60,372 bases of DNA from Bacteriovoracaceae bacterium (GTDB taxonomy: Bacteria > Bdellovibrionota > Bacteriovoracia > Bacteriovoracales > Bacteriovoracaceae): NCBI GenBank assembly GCA_049599895.1, contig JBMYPC010000002.1, positions 1-60,372 of the forward strand, in the 5' to 3' direction. The notes under the pieces were generated by a model. The model was not told where the DNA came from. It ran no database searches and saw only the letters and a program-made list of their open reading frames with translations. A program made the position numbers and the translations under genes. Positions 39,215 to 49,206 of this stretch are shown in pieces. The stretch's first letter is position 1. Each line of letters starts with the position of its first letter.

Positions 39215-39967
39215 ATGAAAAAATGTATTTTCTTGAGTTTTTTACTCTACTCCCTGCCAATTTACTCAAAGATGGACCCCAACATGTTCGTTTGTCGAAT
39301 TGTGGAAAATAGTGAAAAACAGCTTAGTTTCATTAAGGCCCGCTATGAAAGGCTTGTTAAGCTTAAGTCGGACCTCGATTTTGCTCGAAGGATTAAAGAG
39401 ATGACCCTAGAGGGAAAAGATCCCGAGAAAGAATATCATGGGATTGATGAAATCAAAGGCGCTCTTGAAAAGGCCTTGGAAGAAGAACTAGGAGATCAAT
39501 ACCATACTGTTCTTGGCGGTAATGCCCTTAAGGGGGCCACAGCATTCTTAGCAGGTCTTCTCTATCTCTCCTATCGATCAAGCCCAGAAACAGCTATGAC
39601 AAGTATTGTTTCGATGTTTCAAAAATCTTGGCAGTGGAAAAACCTTCTCATCCCAGCTGTTGTCGCCGGACTTTATTTTAACTCTGTTCACTTTAACGAT
39701 GAAATAATTGAAAGAGATCAAAAAATTCAAACTATCCGAGAGCAACTCGAACAACTCTCACAAATGGAGATAACAGATAAGGATCTTGCTAATATTGAAA
39801 GTATTATCGATGAAGACACAACCAGAAACGAAATCCGCCTTATGCAATTAACAGCGAGAAGTTGCATTGAATATTACGACTCAGAAAAAGATCCTCGGTG
39901 TAAACAAATAGCCACAGGAACCTTCAGAGAAATCACCCAAAAATGTTTCCCAAGAGACGAAGACTAA
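39215..39967 (+). CDS. Hypothetical secreted coiled-coil protein with central hydrophobic hairpin
   Basis: Signal peptide; two hydrophobic helices between coiled coils; ACCGATAA 8 nt before ATG. Confidence 0.72.
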   Translation: MKKCIFLSFLLYSLPIYSKMDPNMFVCRIVENSEKQLSFIKARYERLVKLKSDLDFARRIKEMTLEGKDPEKEYHGIDEIKGALEKALEEELGDQYHTVLGGNALKGATAFLAGLLYLSYRSSPETAMTSIVSMFQKSWQWKNLLIPAVVAGLYFNSVHFNDEIIERDQKIQTIREQLEQLSQMEITDKDLANIESIIDEDTTRNEIRLMQLTARSCIEYYDSEKDPRCKQIATGTFREITQKCFPRDED

Positions 39968-40476
39968 TTAACTGATCTAAGCCAATGCTGCCACTTCCAC
40001 ATAGGCGCACCATTATTTGATTCGTAGGCCACTTCTTCTTTTAATTGATACTGATCTTCTTCCCATTCTGGTAAATAAGCATCCGCTTCACCGTCATAAT
40101 CGATAACTGAAAGAATGATATTCTCAATAATGTTTGATGAAATCGCCAGTTGGTAAATATTTGATCCACCTGCAATAAAAAGATGGTCTTCTTTATTGGA
40201 GCGTATCTCAAGAATGGTTTTAAGAAAGTTTGACCTCACTTCAACGTCTTTATAAGCAGGATCATCTTTTAGACTTTCGTTTCTGGTTAAGACATAAGTC
40301 TTTCTTCCAGGAAGTGGCCTTCCAATTGATTCAAAAGTTTTTCTTCCCATTAAAAGAGTATGTCCCATGGTCCTTGCTTTAAACTGCTTAAAGTCATCTG
40401 GAACGTGCCAAGGTATTTTATTATCAAGACCAAGCTGTCTTGATTTTCCCATTGCCGCTATAAGTGAAATAATCAA
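39964..40476 (-). CDS. folA: Dihydrofolate reductase
   Basis: [40 protein letters not shown]. Confidence 0.95.
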   Translation of the reverse strand: MIISLIAAMGKSRQLGLDNKIPWHVPDDFKQFKARTMGHTLLMGRKTFESIGRPLPGRKTYVLTRNESLKDDPAYKDVEVRSNFLKTILEIRSNKEDHLFIAGGSNIYQLAISSNIIENIILSVIDYDGEADAYLPEWEEDQYQLKEEVAYESNNGAPMWKWQHWLRSVN

Positions 40477-41279
40477 ACGGCAACCTCTGCTTTAATGTGG
40501 GGATGAGCTTCATAACCTTCAAGAGAAAAGTCATCATAAACAAATTCAAAAAGACTTTTCACACCTGGGTTGATTTTCATTACCGGCTTAGCAAGTGGCT
40601 CTCGACTTAACTGAAGCTTCGCTTGCTCAAGATGATTTTGATAGAGATGAGCATCTCCCATAGTATGAACAAAATCACCTGGCTTCATTCCACAAACCTG
40701 AGCGAGCATCATTGTAAGAAGTGAATAAGAAGCAATATTAAAAGGAACCCCTAAAAAGATATCAGCACTTCTTTGATAGAGCTGACATGAAAGCTCTTTT
40801 CCCTCAGAAGTTTCTTCAACATAAAACTGAACAAAAGCATGACAAGGAGGAAGTGCCATTTGATCAAGTTCTCCAGGGTTCCACGCTGTTAAAATATGCC
40901 TTCGACTAAAAGGGTTTTCTCTTAGGTTTTTAATTAATGTTGCAAGCTGATCAACTTGTCCACCATCTGGTTTCTTCCAAGCACGCCATTGAACGCCGTA
41001 AACAGGACCAAGATCACCGTTTTCATCGGCCCACTCATCCCAAATTCTCACTTTATTATCTTTAAGATAACCAATATTCGACTCACCTTTAATAAACCAA
41101 AGGAGTTCGTGGATAATTGATTTAAGATGACATTTTTTTGTTGTGACTAATGGGAAGCCATCACGAAGATTGTACCTTGCTTGGGCCCCAAAAAGACTGA
41201 TCGTACCAACACCAGTTCGATCGACTCGTGCTTTTCCTTCAGTTAAAACTTTTTGCATTAGATCAAGATATTGTCTCAA
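40473..41279 (-). CDS. thyA: Thymidylate synthase
   Basis: [49 protein letters not shown]. Confidence 0.97.
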   Translation of the reverse strand: MRQYLDLMQKVLTEGKARVDRTGVGTISLFGAQARYNLRDGFPLVTTKKCHLKSIIHELLWFIKGESNIGYLKDNKVRIWDEWADENGDLGPVYGVQWRAWKKPDGGQVDQLATLIKNLRENPFSRRHILTAWNPGELDQMALPPCHAFVQFYVEETSEGKELSCQLYQRSADIFLGVPFNIASYSLLTMMLAQVCGMKPGDFVHTMGDAHLYQNHLEQAKLQLSREPLAKPVMKINPGVKSLFEFVYDDFSLEGYEAHPHIKAEVAV

Positions 41280-41429
41280 AGATGCCTCCCAAATTTTCTA
41301 GTGTGTGTCATTAAATTCTAGGCCCATAAATTTAGCAAATCAATCCGCAGGTGCTTCCAAAATGAAACTTTAAGGAATTTCATTGGAAAGATTTCTAAGT
41401 AAAGGCATAATAAATCTAGGAGGTTAAAT

Positions 41430-42614
41430 TTGGTTCGTACAGGTCTTGAAAATCTTTTAACTCAAAAATCCTTACAGGAGTCCTTGAAGGGCAACATTGC
41501 GCTTCTTTGCCACGCCGCTTCCATCGACTCGGAGTACACTCTTTCTGCAGTGCACTTTAAAAATCTTTTTAAAGACCGATTCATTAAACTCTTTGGACCT
41601 CAGCACGGTTTTGTCACCGATGTTCAAGACAATATGATTGAGACCGAAGACTATATTCACCCCTACTTTCAAATTCCGGTTTACTCGCTTTATTCAAAAG
41701 TTCGCTGGCCTACAGAAAAGATGCTCGAAAACGTTGATACCTTTGTCATTGACCTTCAAGACATTGGCTCACGGGTTTACACCTATATTTGGACAGTCTC
41801 CTACATTATTGAAAAATGTGAAAATCAAGATATCGAAGTTGTTATACTTGATCGACCAAACCCACTCGATGGTGTGACTCTTGAAGGAACTATTCTCGAT
41901 AAAGAATACAGCTCCTTTGTAGGAAGAGATGAAATTCTTCACCGCCATGGACTCACTATGGGCGAGTTCGCTCATTGGTATAAGAAAAAACATAATCTCA
42001 ATACCAAGCTAAGAGTTATTGAAATGACCGGCTGGAAGCGAGATCAATACTTCCATGAAACCGGTCTTCCTTGGGTTAATCCTTCTCCCAACATCCCTTT
42101 AGTTGAATCAGCTTACGTATTTCCCGCAACAGTCATGCTCGAAGGGACAAACCTTTCTGAAGGACGAGGAATTACAAGACCCCTTGAAGTTATTGGCCAT
42201 CCAAGTATTGAGCCATTCTCCTTTTTAGAAGAAATTAACAAACTTGATGAACTAAAAGACCTTAAAGGCTTTAATCTAAGGCCACTTAATTTTTATCCTA
42301 TGTTTCAAAAACATAAAGAAAGTCCTGTGGGTGGTTTTCACATTCAGATTACTAATCTTAAAGAGTTTAGGCCTTGGGGCTTAGGACAGCTTCTTATTCG
42401 TGAGTTTCGAAATAAACTTGGCAGTGATTTTAAGTGGAAAACAGATGCCTATGAATACGAATTTGATAAGCTCGCCATTGACCTTATTAACGGTCATTCA
42501 AACCTTCGTGAGATGATTGAATCTAATGCTTCACTGGATCAATTCATCCAGCTTGAAAAAAAGTCCACCCAGAATTGGAAACAAAGCTCTTTTGACTCGC
42601 GCCTCTACACTTGA
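41430..42614 (+). CDS. namZ: Exo-beta-N-acetylmuramidase NamZ (DUF1343) family
   Basis: LFGPQHG, YSLY, DLQDIGSRVYTY, LDRPNP, RHGLTMGE, PWVNPSPN, EGTNLSEGRG. Confidence 0.88.
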   Translation: MVRTGLENLLTQKSLQESLKGNIALLCHAASIDSEYTLSAVHFKNLFKDRFIKLFGPQHGFVTDVQDNMIETEDYIHPYFQIPVYSLYSKVRWPTEKMLENVDTFVIDLQDIGSRVYTYIWTVSYIIEKCENQDIEVVILDRPNPLDGVTLEGTILDKEYSSFVGRDEILHRHGLTMGEFAHWYKKKHNLNTKLRVIEMTGWKRDQYFHETGLPWVNPSPNIPLVESAYVFPATVMLEGTNLSEGRGITRPLEVIGHPSIEPFSFLEEINKLDELKDLKGFNLRPLNFYPMFQKHKESPVGGFHIQITNLKEFRPWGLGQLLIREFRNKLGSDFKWKTDAYEYEFDKLAIDLINGHSNLREMIESNASLDQFIQLEKKSTQNWKQSSFDSRLYT

Positions 42615-42739
42615 GGGTTTCACTCACACACCCATCTAAACTTTAAGATTTCATCCCTTTACAAGGTGTTACCAGTGTTTAAGAATTATTAACAATTTTA
42701 ATTCACTATTATGACACGTAAATAACGGAGGATATTATC

Positions 42740-43921
42740 TTGAAAGCGACTCTCCAGATTCTATTAACCTTAAGCCTTCTCGCTTTTGGTTGTAATAAAG
42801 AAGAGAAAAAATCTACATCAGAAACGGCCCCAGCAAAAGCTCAAGCTCCAAGCGGAGATGAGATTGTTATTGGTGCCGTTTTTCCAATGACAGGTCCCAT
42901 TGCAACTTATGGGATTGAGAGTGTTAATGGGATCAAGCTTGCTCTTGAAAAAATCAGTCAAACTCCAATTAAAGGAAAAAAGATCAGACTTATCGTTGAA
43001 GATAATAAAGGTGAGCCAGTTGATTCAGCAAACGCCGCGAGAAAGCTTATCGACATCAATAAAGTCCACGCCATTATCGGATCAGTTGCTTCTTCAAACA
43101 CTCTTGCTGAAGCCCCAATTGCTCAAAAAGCGGGAGTTCCTCTTTTAACTCCAGCTTCAACAAACGAAAAAGTCACGATGCAAGGAAACTTCATTAGTCG
43201 AACTTGTTTCACCGATGCCTTTCAAGGTGTTGTGATGGCAAAGTTTGCTAAAGAGTCTTTAGGAAAAACTAAAGCAGCAATCATTGTTGATAATGCTTCA
43301 GATTATTCAAAAGGTCTTGCTAAGGTTTTCCAAAAAGAATTTACCGCCATGGGTGGAACAATTCTTGGAAACATGAATGAGCTAACCTACACACAAAAAG
43401 ACACTGACTTTAGAAGTCTTCTTAGAAAAGTAAAAAGACTAGGACCAGATGTTATCTTTCTTCCAGGTTATTACACTGAAGTTGGAAATATGCTTAAGCA
43501 AGCTCGCCAAATGGGTATCAACACTCCATTTCTTGGTGGAGACGGATGGGACTCTCCTAAGCTTCAAGAGCTAGCTGGTCCCAATGGAATTAAAGGAAAC
43601 TATATCTCATCTCACTTCTCACCAGATGACAGTGATGAGAAAGTTCAAAGCTTTGTTAAAGAGTACGTTGCACGCTACGGACAGAAGCCAGGAGCGATGG
43701 CGGCCCTAGGCTTCGATGGAATCGGTGTTCTTGCTGACGCTTTAAATCGAGCTGCGAGTCTAGGCCATGCTGACCTTCAAGCTGCCATTGCAAGTACAAA
43801 AGACTTCATTGGCGTCACTGGAAACATCACACTCGATGAAAATAGAAACGCAAGAAAGTCAGCAGTTGTTCTTGAGACAACCGCTGCTGGAAATGTTTTC
43901 AAGCAAAAAGTAAGTCCATAA
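42740..43921 (+). CDS. livK: Branched-chain amino acid ABC transporter substrate-binding lipoprotein
   Basis: Lipobox AFG-C; PMTGPIA.YG, ASTN, DYSKGL, GGDGWDS, GVTGNI. Confidence 0.9.
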   Translation: MKATLQILLTLSLLAFGCNKEEKKSTSETAPAKAQAPSGDEIVIGAVFPMTGPIATYGIESVNGIKLALEKISQTPIKGKKIRLIVEDNKGEPVDSANAARKLIDINKVHAIIGSVASSNTLAEAPIAQKAGVPLLTPASTNEKVTMQGNFISRTCFTDAFQGVVMAKFAKESLGKTKAAIIVDNASDYSKGLAKVFQKEFTAMGGTILGNMNELTYTQKDTDFRSLLRKVKRLGPDVIFLPGYYTEVGNMLKQARQMGINTPFLGGDGWDSPKLQELAGPNGIKGNYISSHFSPDDSDEKVQSFVKEYVARYGQKPGAMAALGFDGIGVLADALNRAASLGHADLQAAIASTKDFIGVTGNITLDENRNARKSAVVLETTAAGNVFKQKVSP

Positions 43922-43925
43922 ACGA

Positions 43926-44825
43926 ATGCCCACTAATCTAGAATATTTTTTCACAGACCTTGCGCAATACCTTATTAACGGTGTTGCTCAAGGTTCAATT
44001 TACGCTCTCATCGCCCTTGGCTACACCATGGTTTATGGGATCATTAAGCTTATCAACTTTGCCCACGGTGAGTTCTATATGATTGGGGCCTTTATTGGCT
44101 TTTACTGTATTGGAAGTGGAATGCCACTTTATATCGCTTTTCCAGCGGCAATGTTTGGCGCGGGTATCATTGCCGTAGTCGTTGAAAAACTTATTTATAG
44201 ACCGATTCGTGATGTAGGAAGAATTGTTGCTCTCATTACCGCCTTAGGGGCCTCACTCTTTTTTCAATACTTAGGACAGGGTGTTTTAGGGGCTGACCCA
44301 AAAGCTTTCCCACAAGCAATTGAAGAAAAAACCTATATGTTTGGTGAAATTATTTTCACAAGAACTCAGATCATTATTATGGTTTCTACTTTTGTTCTGA
44401 TGGCGATTCTCTACTGGCTTGTGAATCACACCAAAACAGGTAAGGCCATGCGGGCCACAAGTTTTAATAAAAATGCAGCTGAACTAATGGGTATCAACAC
44501 TGATCGAATCATTTCTTTTACTTTCTTTGTAGGAGCTGCCCTCGCTGGAGCGGCGGGAGTTCTCGTTGGAATGTATTACAACACGGTTGAACCGATGATG
44601 GGACTCATCCCAGGACTCAAGGCCTTTATCGCCGCCGTCCTTGGAGGAATTGGAATTATTCCAGGTGCCGTTATTGGAGGCCTTACATTAGGCATTGCTG
44701 AAAACTTAGTTGTTGGCTTTTGGATATCAACATATCGAGATGCTATTGCCTTTGCGATTTTGATTATTATTTTACTCGTGAAACCTACTGGGATTCTCGG
44801 AAAGAATAGAAAGGAAAAAGTTTAA
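43926..44825 (+). CDS. livH: Branched-chain amino acid ABC transporter permease
   Basis: GSIYALIALGYTMVYG..LINFAHGE, GKAMRA, GLKAFIAAVLGGIG. Confidence 0.93.
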   Translation: MPTNLEYFFTDLAQYLINGVAQGSIYALIALGYTMVYGIIKLINFAHGEFYMIGAFIGFYCIGSGMPLYIAFPAAMFGAGIIAVVVEKLIYRPIRDVGRIVALITALGASLFFQYLGQGVLGADPKAFPQAIEEKTYMFGEIIFTRTQIIIMVSTFVLMAILYWLVNHTKTGKAMRATSFNKNAAELMGINTDRIISFTFFVGAALAGAAGVLVGMYYNTVEPMMGLIPGLKAFIAAVLGGIGIIPGAVIGGLTLGIAENLVVGFWISTYRDAIAFAILIIILLVKPTGILGKNRKEKV

Positions 44826-44831
44826 AAATCT

Positions 44832-45728
44832 ATGGATTACTTTGCTCACCTTGCTCTTAATTGTGGAATCTTTATCATTTTGGCCGTGAGCCTAAATCTG
44901 ATTAATGGTATCTGCGGACAACTGAACTTAGGGCATGCTGGTTTCTGGGCAATAGGGGCCTATACCGGTGCAGCTTATGGAGTTTACTTTGCTCCAGATC
45001 TTCCCGACTTTATCAATCTTCTTATTTCATGCGGAGTGGGTTTTGTTGCCGCTGCAATTGCTGGAGTCGTCATTGGCGTACCCTGTTTAAGACTTAAAGG
45101 TGATTATCTTGCTATTGCGACATTAGGATTTTCCGAAATCATACGAATTGTCATTATGAATATGGATGTAGTTGGAGGCCCTAGAGGATTCACTAATATT
45201 CCAAACTGGTCCAATCTTTTTTGGGTCTATCTTTGGGTCATTATTACTATTATTTTTTGTGCTAACCTTCTTAAAGGAACTCATGGTCGAGCAATCATTA
45301 GTATTCGCGAAGATGAAATCGCGGCTGAAAGTATGGGGATTGAAACTTTTAAATACAAAACCCTTGCTTTTGTTATAGGCGCAGGCTTTGCTGGAATAGC
45401 GGGATCACTTTTTGCCCACGCTCAACAATTCCTTCATCCCAACGGCTTTAACTTTATCTGGTCAGTGATTATTCTTCTGATGATTATCCTTGGAGGGCTT
45501 GGCTCTATTACGGGAGCTGTTGTCGGGGCCGTGATACTCACTCTCCTACCGGAGCTTTTAAGATTCTTTGGTGAAACAGTCTCCCAATGGCGAATGGTTA
45601 TTTATAGCGTTCTTCTTATTGTTCTTATGCTTTTAAAGCCTGAAGGAATCTTTGGGAAACACGAATTTAACCTCTTTAAGTTTTTGAGAAGCTTTGGCGG
45701 TAATAAAGGAGCAAGCAGTGAACCCTGA
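44832..45728 (+). CDS. livM: Branched-chain amino acid ABC transporter permease
   Basis: LGHAGF, LRLKGDYLAIATLGFSEI, REDEIAA..MGI, LGGLGS. Confidence 0.93.
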   Translation: MDYFAHLALNCGIFIILAVSLNLINGICGQLNLGHAGFWAIGAYTGAAYGVYFAPDLPDFINLLISCGVGFVAAAIAGVVIGVPCLRLKGDYLAIATLGFSEIIRIVIMNMDVVGGPRGFTNIPNWSNLFWVYLWVIITIIFCANLLKGTHGRAIISIREDEIAAESMGIETFKYKTLAFVIGAGFAGIAGSLFAHAQQFLHPNGFNFIWSVIILLMIILGGLGSITGAVVGAVILTLLPELLRFFGETVSQWRMVIYSVLLIVLMLLKPEGIFGKHEFNLFKFLRSFGGNKGASSEP

Positions 45729-46497
45729 CTCTCCTATTCTAGAAACGAAGGCCATCACTATGCGCTTTGGCGGTCTTGTGGCCGTTAATAACTTTTCTCT
45801 TAATATTGGAAAAACAGACCTCGTTGGTGTCATTGGACCCAATGGAGCCGGAAAGACAACGATCTTTAATATGATCACAGGAATCTACACCCCAACAGAA
45901 GGTGAAGTTTATCTTGAGGGAAAACCTATTACTCAGATGAAACCCGCTGCGATCACGCAATCAGGGATCTGCCGAACCTTTCAAAACATCCGACTTTTTA
46001 AAGATCTCACGGTTCTTGATAATATCCGCCTCGCTGGTCACTTCCGTATGAAGTACGGCCTTTTTGATAACATCTTAAGAAATGCCAGGTATCGAAAAGA
46101 AGAAGAAAGACTAAAAGAAGAAGCCTTTAAACTTCTCAAAATCTTCAAGCTTGAAAAGAAAGCTGATCTTCTCGCTAAAAACCTCCCTTACGGAGAACAA
46201 AGACGACTTGAGATCGCAAGAGCGCTCGCGACGAAACCAAAAATTCTTCTTTTGGATGAACCTGCAGCCGGAATGAACCCCAATGAAACTCAAGAGCTCA
46301 CTGAACTTATTCGCTGGGTTCGTAATCAGTTTCAAATTGCCATTCTTTTAATTGAACACGATATGCGTCTTGTGATGCAAGTTTGTGAGCGAATCTATGT
46401 AGTGGATTACGGCGAAATGATTGCTCACGGTGAGCCCGCTGATATTCAATCAAATCCAAAAGTGATTGAAGCTTACTTAGGGACAACAGATGAGTAA
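45718..46497 (+). CDS. livG: Branched-chain amino acid ABC transporter ATPase
   Basis: FGGLVAV, GPNGAGKT, RTFQNIRLF, LPYGEQRRLEIARAL, LDEPAAGMN; GGAG RBS before GTG 45718. Confidence 0.93.
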   Translation: MNPDSPILETKAITMRFGGLVAVNNFSLNIGKTDLVGVIGPNGAGKTTIFNMITGIYTPTEGEVYLEGKPITQMKPAAITQSGICRTFQNIRLFKDLTVLDNIRLAGHFRMKYGLFDNILRNARYRKEEERLKEEAFKLLKIFKLEKKADLLAKNLPYGEQRRLEIARALATKPKILLLDEPAAGMNPNETQELTELIRWVRNQFQIAILLIEHDMRLVMQVCERIYVVDYGEMIAHGEPADIQSNPKVIEAYLGTTDE

Positions 46498-47206
46498 CGC
46501 GATTTTATCTATCCAAGATCTTCATGTTCATTACGGAGCCATTCATGCTCTTCATGGACTTAATATCGAAGTTAACCAAGGCGAGATTGTTACAATCCTA
46601 GGTTCGAACGGAGCGGGAAAAACCACAACTCTCCATACAATTTCAGGTCTTTTAAAACCAAGTACAGGAAAAGTTGTTTTCGATGGTGCTGAAATTAATG
46701 GAATCCCTCCCCATAAGATTGTGGCCAAGGGGCTAGCGCAGTCTCCTGAAGGAAGACTTGTTTTTCCAGATCTGACCGTTAGAGAAAATCTCGAGATGGG
46801 AGCTTTCTTAAGAAAAGACAAAGCTTCAATCCTCCACGACGAAGAATATGTTTTCACTCTCTTTCCAAGATTAAAAGAAAGGGAAAAACAGTTAGCTGGA
46901 ACACTTTCAGGTGGTGAGCAACAAATGCTTGCAATCAGTCGCGCTTATATGGCCAAACCAAAACTTCTTCTTCTTGACGAACCTTCTCTTGGAATTGCGC
47001 CAATCTTGGTTCAAACGATTTTTAAAGCAATTCAAGAACTCAACGCTAAAGGCATGACCATTCTTCTGGTTGAACAAAATGCTTTTGCAGCACTTAAGAT
47101 TGCTCATCGAGCATATGTTTTAACGACTGGTGAAATCTCTATGCAAGGAGATGCCCAAGAGCTTCTTAATAATGAAGAAATCAAGAAAGCTTATTTAGGT
47201 CATTGA
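46490..47206 (+). CDS. livF: Branched-chain amino acid ABC transporter ATPase
   Basis: GSNGAGKT, PEGR, LFPRLKER, LSGGEQQMLA, LDEPSLG, LVEQN. Confidence 0.94.
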   Translation: MSNAILSIQDLHVHYGAIHALHGLNIEVNQGEIVTILGSNGAGKTTTLHTISGLLKPSTGKVVFDGAEINGIPPHKIVAKGLAQSPEGRLVFPDLTVRENLEMGAFLRKDKASILHDEEYVFTLFPRLKEREKQLAGTLSGGEQQMLAISRAYMAKPKLLLLDEPSLGIAPILVQTIFKAIQELNAKGMTILLVEQNAFAALKIAHRAYVLTTGEISMQGDAQELLNNEEIKKAYLGH

Positions 47207-47209
47207 AGC

Positions 47210-47240
47210 TCCCTGACCGAAAGAACGGCCAGGGAATTTT
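47210..47240. terminator. Hairpin between convergent livF and FKBP genes
   Basis: TCCCTG-ACCG-aaagaa-CGGC-CAGGGA followed by ATTTT. Confidence 0.6.
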
Positions 47241-47243
47241 AAA

Positions 47244-47858
47244 TTAAAGAACTTTAATCAATTCAACTTTAAACTTTAAAACCGCATTTGGACCAATTGC
47301 CCCACCTGCGCCTGCAGCACCATAGGCAATCTCACTTGGAATCACGAGCTCCCAAGTATCGCCTTCTTTCATAAGTTGAAGAGCTTCTGTCCAACCAGGA
47401 ATAACTCCACTTACAGGAAAAGAAATTGTTTCACCTCTTTGATATGATGAATCAAAAACTGTTCCATCAATAAGAGTTCCTTCATAGTGAACTTCTACTT
47501 CGTCATTAAGAGATGGTGATTTTCCCTGACCGTTTTCAAGTTTTAAATACTGAAGACCTGAAGCTGTCACTTCAACACCTTCACGTTTTTTATTTTCTTC
47601 AAGAAAAGCTTTTCCTTCTTCAATGTTCTGCTGACCCATTTCTTCTTGAATCTTCATTGCCGCTTCTTGCATTTGGGCCTGAAATGCTGTCATGATGCGA
47701 GTGGCCTCTTCTTGGCCAATTTCACTTTCTTCACCAAGATAGGCTGACTTCGCACCTTGAGCAAAAGAATCAAAACTAATATCCATTGACTGGCCTCTAA
47801 AGTCAGAACCAATCTGTCTACCAATGATGTAACTGATTTTTTCTTGATCGTTGTTCAC
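47244..47858 (-). CDS. FKBP-type peptidyl-prolyl isomerase with N-terminal dimerisation domain (FklB/Mip-like)
   Basis: SYIIG, FLEENK..EGV..TASGLQY, VHYEGTLIDGTVFDSS, VIPGWTEAL, AYG. Confidence 0.93.
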   Translation of the reverse strand: MNNDQEKISYIIGRQIGSDFRGQSMDISFDSFAQGAKSAYLGEESEIGQEEATRIMTAFQAQMQEAAMKIQEEMGQQNIEEGKAFLEENKKREGVEVTASGLQYLKLENGQGKSPSLNDEVEVHYEGTLIDGTVFDSSYQRGETISFPVSGVIPGWTEALQLMKEGDTWELVIPSEIAYGAAGAGGAIGPNAVLKFKVELIKVL

Positions 47859-47961
47859 TTAAAACCTCACTCACTTTAAATTTAGTGAACAATAGTGCAC
47901 ATAGGGCCAAATGCCAACAGCAACCAGCGATTTGGGCTTTAAAAAGAGAAATTACTGAAAC

Positions 47962-48492
47962 TTAAGCGGCGACAGGCTGATCACTATTAGTTTGTGCATC
48001 TTGAGCATCAACTAAGGCCTTCTCCACCGCATAATAATAACCGTCTGGAGATTGAAGAAGATAAGCTTCAAAATTATCAGGAGCATTAAAAGGCACTCGA
48101 ACTGGTAACCAGTGCTCCTCACTCATGGCCACACGATGGTCTTTTAAAAAAAAGATTCTTCCAAGAGACTGAAAGAGATTAGGTGCTTGAATTCTATAGA
48201 CTTCTTTACTAATCGAGAGATCTTTAAAGTTTCTCTCGAGATAAAGACGAAAGTATTTATGATAGGTCTTTTTAATAAACATCTCTGGAAATAAAAAAAG
48301 ATGACTGAGAAGAACAACCATTAAAACACTCAGGCCAATGAGCTTTAAACGCATCACTGTAAGCTGGCCATCTAGAGCAAGGTTAGCTGAATATGTCGCC
48401 ACCATCAAACCATTCACGAAAACATACTTCATCATATAGTCTTTATATTTGAACTGAGGCGTAAGGTAGGTGCCAATTCTCTTAATATCCAC
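47962..48492 (-). CDS. Hypothetical membrane protein
   Basis: GTG start with GGAG RBS; two TM helices; GCCGATGA sigma28-like box at 48561-48568. Confidence 0.65.
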   Translation of the reverse strand: MDIKRIGTYLTPQFKYKDYMMKYVFVNGLMVATYSANLALDGQLTVMRLKLIGLSVLMVVLLSHLFLFPEMFIKKTYHKYFRLYLERNFKDLSISKEVYRIQAPNLFQSLGRIFFLKDHRVAMSEEHWLPVRVPFNAPDNFEAYLLQSPDGYYYAVEKALVDAQDAQTNSDQPVAA

Positions 48493-48636
48493 AGGTGAGT
48501 CTCCCTAATTTAAAAGAATTCACCAGGAATCTGCGCAGGTGAATATTATCTTCATTAATCTCATCGGCGATATTGCCTAAAAGCCTGAGGCTGCGCTAGA
48601 ATTTCAACTAGTTATCAGATACTTAAGTGAGGAATT

Positions 48637-48840
48637 ATGAATTGGGATTATTCGAGCGCTATTGAACTACTCAAAAAGGGAGTTAATGACTCTCATCTTG
48701 ATGATCAAAAATATATCGACCTCACTCTCTTTCTTGCTGAAACGAGACCAAAAGCACAGTCTGCCCTGGCGTATGTACGATCTCTTGTTGCTCAAGGAGA
48801 AATTGATGAAGCTAAACTTAAAGAAGATCTGGGAATTTAA
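48637..48840 (+). CDS. Small hypothetical protein
   Basis: GAGG RBS, 67 aa globular composition, fills intergenic space. Confidence 0.65.
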   Translation: MNWDYSSAIELLKKGVNDSHLDDQKYIDLTLFLAETRPKAQSALAYVRSLVAQGEIDEAKLKEDLGI

Positions 48841-48887
48841 TTAAAAAATCTCACTCTTAAGCTCTCACTTAAATCATTTTAATAAGT

Positions 48888-49133
48888 TTAACTCTCTTCA
48901 TCCTCAACCACTTTGTAGTCAGCTTCAAATGTATCTTTGCTATTAGACTTATAGGATCGATGATGATTGCTTTTTGATTCAGCAGAAAACTGATCTTGAG
49001 CTTTTTTAATCTCACCTTTGAAATTAAGGTAGAACTTAGCAGCGCGCCAAATCATCATGACAAAACTCACGAGTAAATAGACCAGAAAAAATTTGAATAA
49101 TAATGACAAAATTCCCACACCCATTTCTCTCAA
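48888..49133 (-). CDS. Small single-TM protein
   Basis: N-terminal hydrophobic helix, C-terminal FEADYKVV motif. Confidence 0.65.
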   Translation of the reverse strand: MREMGVGILSLLFKFFLVYLLVSFVMMIWRAAKFYLNFKGEIKKAQDQFSAESKSNHHRSYKSNSKDTFEADYKVVEDEES

Positions 49134-49206
49134 ATTCCCTTTTCATAGTCAAAGCAAGTTCTGTATTATGCGGTCTTTATCTAGTGAATAAAACCCAGGA
49201 CAAACA

